64,000 bases of DNA from an uncultured Flavobacteriaceae bacterium (GCA_942491255.1 CALOAJ010000003.1:10257-74256); one strand, 5' to 3'; counted from the stretch's first letter, positions 30,613 through 39,605 are shown. The notes: generated by a model from the letters alone, not told the origin. Translations and numbers: made by a program.

Positions 30613-30975
30613 ATGGAACTGATTGTAAACATATTACTAGTAGTTATTTCCTTGTTACACCTTTACTTTATGTGGTTCGAAATGTTTGCTTGGACCACAA
30701 AGGGCCCTAAAATATTTAAAAATTTTCCCAAAGAATTATTTATTCCTTCCAAATCATTGGCTGCAAACCAAGGACTTTATAATGGATTTCTGGCTGCAGG
30801 AATTTTATGGTCTTTGTTGATTGAAGATATCGTTTGGAAAGAAAATATTGCCCTCTTCTTTTTATCTTGCGTAACCATAGCAGGGGTTTTTGGCGCCCTT
30901 ACCGCCGACAAGAAAATATTTTATATCCAAGCACTACCTGCCATAGTAACTATTTTAATCCTTTTGCTTACCTAA
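30613..30975 (+). CDS. DUF1304-type small membrane protein
   Basis: About 120 aa with 4 TM segments and a HLYFMWFEMFAWT motif. ATG 30613 is preferred over the track's GTG 30595. Confidence 0.65.
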   Translation: MELIVNILLVVISLLHLYFMWFEMFAWTTKGPKIFKNFPKELFIPSKSLAANQGLYNGFLAAGILWSLLIEDIVWKENIALFFLSCVTIAGVFGALTADKKIFYIQALPAIVTILILLLT

Positions 30976-31066
30976 TCATTTTAGTAACATTATGGTGCTT
31001 TTAAGTAACTTCATCACGAATATTTGTAATTTTGTGACAGGTATAACTTGACCTAAAAATATTATT

Positions 31067-32620
31067 ATGACAGCAGTAGCTATAGATTTTGGAATAGATG
31101 AAGCCCTAAAGGCCTTAGGAATTAATGAAATTAATAATGGTACAGCCACCGGTAGCGATAATTTTGCCAATGGTGAATTGATCGCTTCTTATTCTCCTGT
31201 TGATGGAGCTTTGATAGGAAGTGTAATGAGCACTTCCCAAGAAGATTATGAAAAAGTTATTGATACTGCCGCTAAGGCGTTTATATCCTGGCGTAAAATG
31301 CCTGCTCCACAACGCGGAGAGATTGTTCGTCAATTTGGTGATAAACTCAGGGAATTAAAAGAACCTCTGGGAAAGTTAGTTTCCTATGAAATGGGGAAAT
31401 CCTATCAAGAAGGGCTTGGCGAAGTTCAGGAAATGATAGATATCTGTGATTTCGCCGTTGGACTATCTAGACAATTACATGGACTTACCATGCATTCGGA
31501 AAGACCTGGTCATAGAATGTATGAGCAATATCACCCTTTGGGAATAGTAGGTATTATTTCTGCCTTCAATTTTCCTGTTGCGGTATGGGCCTGGAATACG
31601 GCCTTAGCATGGATTTGTGGGGATGTCTGCGTTTGGAAACCCTCTGAAAAAGCTCCTTTGTGTGGAATAGCTTGTCAAAATATAGCTGCCGCAGTTTTTA
31701 AAGAAAATAATTTGCCTGAAGGAATTTCGTGCTTGATTAATGGAGACTACAAAGTGGGGGAAATGTTAAGCTCGGATAAAAGAATTCCTTTGATCTCAGC
31801 TACCGGATCCATCAGAATGGGTAAAATTGTTGCCCAAACTGTAGCTGCTAGATTAGGCAAATCGCTCTTAGAGCTAGGTGGCAACAATGCGATTATTGTA
31901 ACTCCAGATGCCGATATAAAAATGACTGTAATTGGGGCTGTTTTTGGCGCTGTAGGTACCGCCGGTCAAAGATGTACTTCAACCAGAAGATTAATAGTAC
32001 ATTCATCCATTTACAATGAAGTTAAAGATGCATTGGCATCAGCCTATAAACAATTACGCATAGGTAACCCCCTTGACGAAAATAATCATGTAGGTCCTTT
32101 AATTGATAAGGATGCGGTAAAAATGTATGAGAACGCTCTAGAAAAAGTGGTTGAGGAAGGTGGGAGTCTTTTAGTAGAAGGAGGCGTCCTGGAAGGAGAG
32201 GGCTATGAAAGTGGTTGTTATGTAAAACCAGCTATTGCAGAGGCAAAAAATTCTTTTTCCATTGTACAGAATGAAACCTTTGCCCCAATCCTTTATCTCA
32301 TGAAATACTCCAAAGATTTGGACGAAGCACTTATGCTTCAAAATGGAGTTGTACAAGGACTATCCTCTGCTATTATGACTAATAACTTAAGAGAAGCAGA
32401 AACATTTCTATCTTGTGCAGGAAGTGATTGCGGCATTGCCAATGTTAATATAGGAACCTCTGGAGCAGAAATTGGAGGTGCTTTTGGAGGAGAAAAAGAA
32501 ACTGGTGGAGGAAGAGAAAGTGGTTCTGATGCTTGGAAAATTTATATGAGAAGACAGACCAATACTATAAATTATACTACAAGTTTACCTCTGGCGCAGG
32601 GTATTAAATTTGATTTATAA
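31067..32620 (+). CDS. ALDH7-type aldehyde dehydrogenase (alpha-aminoadipic semialdehyde / piperideine-6-carboxylate dehydrogenase)
   Basis: 517 aa, near-collinear with antiquitin-type ALDH7: ELGGNNAII, GTAGQRCT, GSDCGIANVNIGTSGAEIGGAFGGEKETGGGRESGSDAWK..., LPLAQGIKF. Confidence 0.9.
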   Translation: MTAVAIDFGIDEALKALGINEINNGTATGSDNFANGELIASYSPVDGALIGSVMSTSQEDYEKVIDTAAKAFISWRKMPAPQRGEIVRQFGDKLRELKEPLGKLVSYEMGKSYQEGLGEVQEMIDICDFAVGLSRQLHGLTMHSERPGHRMYEQYHPLGIVGIISAFNFPVAVWAWNTALAWICGDVCVWKPSEKAPLCGIACQNIAAAVFKENNLPEGISCLINGDYKVGEMLSSDKRIPLISATGSIRMGKIVAQTVAARLGKSLLELGGNNAIIVTPDADIKMTVIGAVFGAVGTAGQRCTSTRRLIVHSSIYNEVKDALASAYKQLRIGNPLDENNHVGPLIDKDAVKMYENALEKVVEEGGSLLVEGGVLEGEGYESGCYVKPAIAEAKNSFSIVQNETFAPILYLMKYSKDLDEALMLQNGVVQGLSSAIMTNNLREAETFLSCAGSDCGIANVNIGTSGAEIGGAFGGEKETGGGRESGSDAWKIYMRRQTNTINYTTSLPLAQGIKFDL

Positions 32621-32663
32621 AAAATCCCATTGTTTATTCATCACGAACAACCAACGGGATTTT
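32621..32663 (+). terminator. Possible hairpin terminator after the ALDH7 gene
   Basis: AAAAUCCCAUUG...CAACGGGAUUUU forms a 12-bp stem with one A.C mismatch and a 19-nt loop. The U-tract is only the 4 U of the stem end. Confidence 0.35.
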
Positions 32664-33128
32664 CAAACTAACTCAAACTATATTAATAGTAAAAAAACCC
32701 CATTTCAATGCCTTATCCTTGTAGGGAGAAATAGGGTGATTTTTATTCCTAAAGCAAATATTAAAAATTGCATCTTATAAACCCAGCGATTATTTATAGA
32801 CTGTGTGCTATTTTGTATAAATGAATCTTTAATAAGTATAATCTGTAAAGGGGTATAAACAATATGTCTTTGATGACATCGATAACATGATATTAATGAC
32901 AATTGATAAATCATTTCTGAGGTTTTTTTAATAACTTGTAAATGATGTTAGTTTAAACCGATTGTTATGTCAAAAAAATGGACCAACATATTGGGCATTA
33001 TAATTTCCATATTAGCAGGGATTTATTTCTTTATTATGTACTGTAGTGAATGCCATTATTAACCTTATTCATTAATCTTAATATTTAATAAATCATATAA
33101 AATAGAAGAGCTTTACTCAAAAAAACTT

Positions 33129-33653
33129 ATGACTTTAGAAACTGTAAATATTTGGTGTTGGATAATTCCCCTTCTCGTGGGAGTACTTTGTGCGATATTC
33201 GGTTTTTTATTAGGAAAATCTAGTCAAACCAATTCTGCCGAAAAGGCTCAATTAGAGGAACTAATTGGTGAAAAAGCTCAATGGGATAGGAGATTAGCAG
33301 ATTGCAAAAAAGAATTGGAGGAACAAAAAGCTATTAATCAATCCAATGACAAACCATTTAATAAGGCCCAAGCTAAATCTGTTTTTGGAAAAAATATTAA
33401 AAAAGATGATCTTAAAATAGTGGAGGGTATTGGCCCTAAAATTGAAGGACTATTTCATAATTATGACATAAAAACTTGGAAGGAACTTTCACTTACTTCT
33501 GTTAGGAAGTGTCAGCAAGTATTAGATTCCGGAGGAGATCGATTTAAAGTTCATGATCCTGCTTCATGGCCAATGCAAGCCAAAATGTGTTATGAAGGAA
33601 AGTGGAAGGAATTATTTAAATGGCAGGAAGAGCATAAACATGGGAAATTATAA
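33129..33653 (+). CDS. Membrane-anchored coiled-coil protein with C-terminal helix-hairpin-helix-like domain
   Basis: 174 aa. N-terminal TM segment (WCWIIPLLVGVLCAIFGFLLG), coiled coil, then DDLKIVEGIGPKIEGLFHNYDIKTWKEL...WPMQAKM...GKWKEL. Confidence 0.6.
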   Translation: MTLETVNIWCWIIPLLVGVLCAIFGFLLGKSSQTNSAEKAQLEELIGEKAQWDRRLADCKKELEEQKAINQSNDKPFNKAQAKSVFGKNIKKDDLKIVEGIGPKIEGLFHNYDIKTWKELSLTSVRKCQQVLDSGGDRFKVHDPASWPMQAKMCYEGKWKELFKWQEEHKHGKL

Positions 33654-34643
33654 CATTCCATTAGCCTCTACCCACTTAAATCTAGTGCTGTCTTCTCTTA
33701 TTTTCATTCTTTCCGCAATACGCTGCAAGCGTGCCGGCATTGACAATAAATAATCTCTAGCTTTTTCAGCTTCATCATTTAAACCTCTTATGGTTTCTAA
33801 ACCCCAACTGTCATTCAATTTATTGAAAATATCTATATAATCCTGGGAAGTGTAGACCCCTAGTCGCTGTGCAACATTTGAAAAATTCTCAAAAGCTACT
33901 CCAATACTCTCGCCTGACTCTCTTAAAAAATGGGCGGGCATTACAATTTTTCTTTTCATTATATCGGCATACGCCAACATCATTCCATTGGGATCCTGTC
34001 CAAATATTGCCTGTACAAATTCTTTATAAGCCAAGTGATGCCTCATTTCATCCCCGGCGATAATAGCACACATCTTCCCTAAAAGAGTATTCCCTTTTTT
34101 CTTTGCCATGACCCCTACTCGCTTATGAGAAATATTGGTAGCCAATTCCTGAAAAGATGTGTAGACAAAATTCTTATAAGGGTCTCTATCCGTACCAATA
34201 TCAAAACCATCATTAATCAAATGCTGGGTAGAAATCTCAACTTCACGCATATTCACACGTCCTGATAAATACAAAAATTTATTTAATACATCCCCATGCC
34301 TATTTTCTTCAGCCGTCCAAGCTCTTACCCACTTAGACCATCCTGTTGGCTCCTCCGAGTGCTGATTAATCCCTTCTACATCCATTAGCCACGACTCATA
34401 AGTTGGAAGTGCTTCTTCGGTAATAGTATCAGCTACAAGAGTAACCCAAAAATCATATCCTAATTCTTTGGCTTCCTCTCTAATCTTTTCCAAATCATCA
34501 TAGAAATTCTCGCTCTGGGAATCCGGAAGAAAATCTGATGGTTGCCATATTTGATCAGCTGGGATTAAAAACGAATCAATAAACCCTGCTACCTTTGGCT
34601 CAATTGCCTGCATCACTTCAAGTCTGATGTTCTTAGTAGACAT
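33648..34643 (-). CDS. Soluble acyl-ACP desaturase (di-iron, stearoyl-ACP desaturase family)
   Basis: 331 aa with two EXXH di-iron motifs in the family context: WTAEENRHGD and IAGDEMRHH. Confidence 0.85.
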   Translation of the reverse strand: MSTKNIRLEVMQAIEPKVAGFIDSFLIPADQIWQPSDFLPDSQSENFYDDLEKIREEAKELGYDFWVTLVADTITEEALPTYESWLMDVEGINQHSEEPTGWSKWVRAWTAEENRHGDVLNKFLYLSGRVNMREVEISTQHLINDGFDIGTDRDPYKNFVYTSFQELATNISHKRVGVMAKKKGNTLLGKMCAIIAGDEMRHHLAYKEFVQAIFGQDPNGMMLAYADIMKRKIVMPAHFLRESGESIGVAFENFSNVAQRLGVYTSQDYIDIFNKLNDSWGLETIRGLNDEAEKARDYLLSMPARLQRIAERMKIREDSTRFKWVEANGML

Positions 34644-34705
34644 ACTTTCTTTTTTTGCAAATTACGGTATTAAAATCACTTATTAATTAGGACTCCTACT
34701 AAATA

Positions 34706-35431
34706 TTAATTTCTCCCCTTTTCTGTAGGGTAAAAAAGATGTACTGGATCACTTTGCCATGTTTCTTTTGTCTCTACATCCATGGCGGAAAGAGGTCCTT
34801 TAAAGGCAGCCCCCGTATCCAGATTCCAAACGTTAGCGGCACAATATGGCTCTATCTTATTAATTCTAGTAAGGGGCGTATGCCCAATATAAATCTCCGA
34901 GTAATTTTTAAGTCTTTCAGGATATGAGTGATGGCCTGGGCCAATAGATGAGTCCAAAGCTAACGCCAGTTCCCATAAGGTTCTGTCCCAATAGAACATT
35001 TTTGGAAAATACTCGTAATGAACTCCTTTTAGATTTGTAAACCCAGCGTGTACAAATAATCTGTTCTTCTTATCCAGATAGTAATTCTGTAAATTTTCAT
35101 AAAAATTCATATGCTCTTCCAGCAATTCTTTATTCCTGCCTTGATATGAGCTTTTGGAAGCTTCACCACCATGTGCCAACCACATTGGTTTGTCTTCACC
35201 CTTTAATAACCAATTGTAAACAAGTTCATCATGATTGCCTCGCAAAAAAATACAATTATACACTTTACTCAAGTCAATTAAAAAACTAACCGTCTCCACA
35301 GCATCACTCCAACCGTCGACATAATCTCCTAAAAAGATAATGGTGTCATCTTCTTGTGGTTCTATTCTTAATAATAATTGTTTTAGGGCTAGAAATCCAG
35401 AATGGATATCCCCAATTACCAATGTTTTCAT
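34706..35431 (-). CDS. Metallophosphoesterase (calcineurin-like Ser/Thr phosphatase family)
   Basis: 241 aa. GDIHSG, GDYVDGW, GNHDE and GHTP motifs. Confidence 0.85.
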   Translation of the reverse strand: MKTLVIGDIHSGFLALKQLLLRIEPQEDDTIIFLGDYVDGWSDAVETVSFLIDLSKVYNCIFLRGNHDELVYNWLLKGEDKPMWLAHGGEASKSSYQGRNKELLEEHMNFYENLQNYYLDKKNRLFVHAGFTNLKGVHYEYFPKMFYWDRTLWELALALDSSIGPGHHSYPERLKNYSEIYIGHTPLTRINKIEPYCAANVWNLDTGAAFKGPLSAMDVETKETWQSDPVHLFYPTEKGRN

Positions 35432-35590
35432 GTTACAAAATTCGCAATAATACTTGATTCAAATACCAAAATATTCTTCTTTTAATTTCTCCCTGGTCAC
35501 TTTTTTAAAACCTTTCGTATGATTTTTCAATATTTTTTTGAGAAGCATCTTATTTCTCATTACTTTGGGAATCCTAATGATTAAAGGTAA

Positions 35591-36535
35591 ATGAAAGAAG
35601 TATTTTGTATTGGGGAATTATTGATCGACTTTGTTGCAGAAAAACAAGGGAATAATTTATCAGAGGCTAAAGAATTTACAAAAAAAGCTGGAGGAGCCCC
35701 TGCCAATGTAGCTTGCGCTATAGCCAGATTAGGTGGAAAAAGTTCTTTTATGGGGTGTGTTGGAAATGATCCTTTCGGAAACTTTTTACTCAATGTTTTA
35801 GAAGAAGAAGGAGTTAATATTTCTTTGGCTCAACGATCAGAAGAATTTACCACCTTGGCCTTTGTTTCAATTGATGAAGATGGTGAAAGAGATTTTGTGT
35901 TTAGCAGAGGGGCCGACAAGGAATTCAAATACAGTCCTTCTATTAAAAATATGTTTCATAATAACATGGTTCACTTTGGTGCTGCTACGGCACTTTTAGG
36001 TGGTAATTTGGAAGAAGCATACGGTCGTTTTTTATTTGATGCGATAACTCATGATGCTTTTGTCAGTTTTGATCCTAATTATAGAGCGGACCTTTGGAAA
36101 AACAAGGAAGACATCTTTATAAAAAAATGTATGCCTTTTATAGAGAAATCAACCTTGTGTAAATTTAGCTTGGAAGAAGCCAAACTACTTTCAAATAAAG
36201 AAGATATTCTTGATGCTTGCGCCTTTTTTCACGAAATGGGAACGAAAGTCGTAACGGTAACTATGGGAGCGGAGGGTACGCTTTTAAGTAGCCATAAAAA
36301 AGCAGAGATAGTGCCAAGTATTCCTGTTAAAGCAGTTGACACGACAGGTGCGGGAGATGCATTTATTGGCTGCTTTCTACAACAGATTTCAGGTTTAAAG
36401 GAGACTAATGAGCTTATAGCAGATTTTGACCTTTTAGTGAAAATGGTGGCCAAAGCAAATAAAGCGGGTGCTATTACCACTCAAAATTATGGAGCGATAA
36501 GATCACTCCCAACACAAGATCAACTTAATACTTAG
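35591..36535 (+). CDS. PfkB-family sugar kinase (fructokinase-like)
   Basis: 314 aa. GGAPANVA and DTTGAGDAFIG motifs. Ends 1 nt before the amylosucrase start. Confidence 0.85.
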   Translation: MKEVFCIGELLIDFVAEKQGNNLSEAKEFTKKAGGAPANVACAIARLGGKSSFMGCVGNDPFGNFLLNVLEEEGVNISLAQRSEEFTTLAFVSIDEDGERDFVFSRGADKEFKYSPSIKNMFHNNMVHFGAATALLGGNLEEAYGRFLFDAITHDAFVSFDPNYRADLWKNKEDIFIKKCMPFIEKSTLCKFSLEEAKLLSNKEDILDACAFFHEMGTKVVTVTMGAEGTLLSSHKKAEIVPSIPVKAVDTTGAGDAFIGCFLQQISGLKETNELIADFDLLVKMVAKANKAGAITTQNYGAIRSLPTQDQLNT

Positions 36536-36536
36536 A

Positions 36537-38477
36537 ATGAATCAGACTTCCCTTCATAAGTTGTTGGCATCCCACGAATTAGAAAATATTGAAATTGCCA
36601 ATACACAGGAGTTATTTGATAAAAGATTTTCAACAAATCTTTCTTTGATTCAATCTCTTTTCTTTGGCCTATATGGCGAGGAGTCCATTAATGATAGCTT
36701 TCCGAAGCTTTTGAAGCTTTTATCAAAACTCTTTAAAACTCGTCCTTCTTCTTTAAAAAAACTAGATCTTGAACGTCTCAAAAACCATGATTGGTATCAG
36801 TCGCAGCAGATAGTTGCCATGCAACTTTATGTAGACCGCTTTAATAATGACCTTAAAGGGCTCAAGACAAAATTAACTTATTTGGAAAACCTAGGGATAA
36901 ATTTGCTGCATATAATGCCCATAAATACCCGCCCCAATGGAGCTAATGATGGAGGATATGCTGTAAACAGCTATACGGAGATTTCTAAAGAATATGGCTC
37001 CAAAAAAGATCTCCTTTCTCTTATTGAGGAAATGCACTCCAAGCAGATGTACCTTATGATGGACTTTGTGGTAAATCATACTTCGGATGAATTCATATGG
37101 GCAGAAAAAGCTAAAAAGGGAGAAGAAAAATATCAGTCTTATTATTATACTTTTCCCAATAGAGAAATCCCTGATGCCTATGAACAATCGCTGCCTGAAG
37201 TCTTCCCTGAATCAGCTCCAGGTAATTTTACTTTTAATAAAGAAATGAATAAATGGGTAATGACCGTATTCAATAACTATCAATGGGACTTGAACTATAG
37301 AAACCCAGAGGTATTTATGGCCATGCTCACAAATTTGGTTTCCTTAGCCAATTATGGTGTAGATGTAGTAAGATTTGATGCGCTGGCATTTTTATGGAAA
37401 AAACTGGGGTCAAATTCTCAAAATTTACCGGAAGCACACAATTTGATTAGCTTGTTTAGAATGTGTCTTCAAACTATTGCTCCCGGGGTGATTTTCTTGG
37501 CGGAAGCCATCGTCTCGCCCAAGGAAATAATCAAGTATTTTGGGGAAGATAATAAAAAGGGAAATGAATGCGAGATTGCTTACAATGCCACTTTAATGGC
37601 TTTATTATGGAATTCTATTGCAACCAAAAAAACTTCCCTGCTTTACAAAAGCTTAATAAACCTCCCATCCAAGCCAAAGGAAGGGACATGGATTAATTAC
37701 ATTCGCTGTCACGACGATATTGGCTTAGGTTTTGAAGATAAGTATATCTATGAAATTGGTTGGGACGCCTATCTTCATAGAAAATTCCTTTTAGACTACT
37801 ATTCTAAAGGCATTGATTGGTCTCCGGCGGTTGGGGAAATATTCATGTTTAATCCAAAAAATGGGGATGGGCGTATTACTGGTAGTGCCGCCTCTCTTTT
37901 GGGTTTAGAAAGGGGAATCAAAGAAAATGATTCGGAATTAATAGAAAAGGCTGTAAAAAAAATAGTACTACTTCACAGTATTATTTTATCCTTTGGTGGT
38001 ATTCCAATGTTATATGCCGGAGATGAAATAGGCACCTTAAATGACTATAGTTTTTTAAATGATCCTGGAAAGAAAGACGATAGCAGATGGTTAAATAGAC
38101 CGATGCAAAATTGGGCGCTAATTGAAAACATTGATAGCGAGGAAAGTCCACAGACCCAAATTTATAAAAGTATATCCCAACTTATTGCCATAAGGAAAAA
38201 CACCTCGGTTTTTGCGGACAGGAATAATCTAAGAATCCACTCCAATCCTAATCCCCATCTCTTCATTTATGAACGAACTAGTGAAAAAGAAAGGAATATC
38301 CTTATAATATGTAATTTTGATGAACATCCTCAAATAATTGAATCCGGGCAAATAGAAAGTCTGGGGTATTCTGCTAAAAATGAAAGGCTAGATCTGGTTA
38401 CTGGAAAAAACATTAGACAAAACAGTGCCTTAATTGAACTTTTACCTTTTCAATTCATTTGGCTTAGCCAGAATTAA
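36537..38477 (+). CDS. GH13 alpha-amylase-family enzyme, amylosucrase-like
   Basis: 646 aa. DFVVNHTS, GVDVVRFDALAFLWK (nucleophile Asp), FLAEAIV (acid/base Glu), YIRCHDDIG. The length and N-terminal helical domain match amylosucrase-type GH13. Confidence 0.85.
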   Translation: MNQTSLHKLLASHELENIEIANTQELFDKRFSTNLSLIQSLFFGLYGEESINDSFPKLLKLLSKLFKTRPSSLKKLDLERLKNHDWYQSQQIVAMQLYVDRFNNDLKGLKTKLTYLENLGINLLHIMPINTRPNGANDGGYAVNSYTEISKEYGSKKDLLSLIEEMHSKQMYLMMDFVVNHTSDEFIWAEKAKKGEEKYQSYYYTFPNREIPDAYEQSLPEVFPESAPGNFTFNKEMNKWVMTVFNNYQWDLNYRNPEVFMAMLTNLVSLANYGVDVVRFDALAFLWKKLGSNSQNLPEAHNLISLFRMCLQTIAPGVIFLAEAIVSPKEIIKYFGEDNKKGNECEIAYNATLMALLWNSIATKKTSLLYKSLINLPSKPKEGTWINYIRCHDDIGLGFEDKYIYEIGWDAYLHRKFLLDYYSKGIDWSPAVGEIFMFNPKNGDGRITGSAASLLGLERGIKENDSELIEKAVKKIVLLHSIILSFGGIPMLYAGDEIGTLNDYSFLNDPGKKDDSRWLNRPMQNWALIENIDSEESPQTQIYKSISQLIAIRKNTSVFADRNNLRIHSNPNPHLFIYERTSEKERNILIICNFDEHPQIIESGQIESLGYSAKNERLDLVTGKNIRQNSALIELLPFQFIWLSQN

Positions 38478-39548
38478 TTATACTTCACTTTACGCAATAC
38501 TCGCAACGATTCTTTCAGAGATTCATATAATTCAGGACTATATTTTTTAATTAAAGGACGGGATCTTTCCATATCTTCTTTTGCCTCTTCAAAACCGTTT
38601 AAATAGCAAATCAAATAAGTTGCGGGTAAGCTCAGTAAATCAGTTTTATCGACCAACTTTAGTTCGTTTTCATTTGCTAGTTTTTTTAAAAGAGCCCTAT
38701 TCGAATTAAAAATATGATACAAGGTTTTTTTATTATACTGTGGAGGGTCAAAAATTAAATCACTTTGTATTTGATAGGTGCCATTATTAGAAAAAATAAT
38801 AATAACTTTTTCCAAAGGGTAATACTTCTGCTCTTCTCCAAGACCAAGTTTTACGTATTCTATAATTGTAAACGAATCCTCGGAAATACTTATTGAGACA
38901 TCGTCCAGAGCAGAATAAAACAATTTCACTTGTTCATTTATCAATTCAATATCGACCCTTGAATAAAACTCGTCTTTTCTCGTGCTTTTCTTATTTCCCG
39001 CCCAGCATAATACAAATTGTTCTTTAAATACTTTGTAATGGCTTACAAGATCTTTATGCCTATGGTTTATAAAATCGATAACTCCATCTAGGGTCAGTTC
39101 AATATTATTCCTTGCATGCTTCTCAATAGTAGTAACAATCTTTGAATTAATGTCCCTTAACTCAATATCTATGGCCTTTGGCATACTGATACTTCCTTCT
39201 CTAAAGAATACAGCTCCGCCATAATACTTCCATATATTTCTTTTAAGAGCACAAATTTCACCATTAGAACGAATCGTTACAAGGCCCACTACCTTTCCTT
39301 CAGGCAAATGAGGAAATGGGATATTTTCATAAGAAATAAGAGGTGGATTATGAAGATAAGCGTTTACTAAATTCTGAATTTTACTGTCATCAAAAAAATC
39401 AACCCCAACAATTTCATTATCCTCATCTTCTATCCCAATAACAATATAGGAATTGTTGTTCGGATTGCTATTTGCAAGGGCGCAAACGTGTTTAAGAAAT
39501 TTTGCCTTTCCTACCTTTTGTCCAATGTTTATCTCTCTTTTTTGTCAT
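38474..39548 (-). pseudogene. AlbA_2/Schlafen-like domain protein with unknown C-terminal domain; the frame is broken at an A6 run just after the only ATG (or a non-canonical start is used)
   Basis: The track ORF 38474..39307 (TTG start) continues open upstream for 79 codons with no ATG/GTG/TTG, up to TGA 39547..39545. ATG 39548..39546 is one frame off. Removing one A from the A6 run (plus-strand T6 at 39538..39543) gives a single 357-aa ORF: MTKREINIGQKVGKAKFLKHVCALANSNPNNNSYIVIGIEDEDNEIVGV... Confidence 0.55.
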
Positions 39549-39605
39549 AAAAACTATTCTCGTCATTATGAGCAAGGAGGTTTTTTACCAAAAGGCGTTT
39601 ATTAA

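Noticed and set aside
32705-32914. 69-aa minus-strand ORF in the ALDH7 downstream spacer
   Set aside because: No motif, unusual composition (many C/H/I/Q), and no promoter box or partner gene. It is probably noise.
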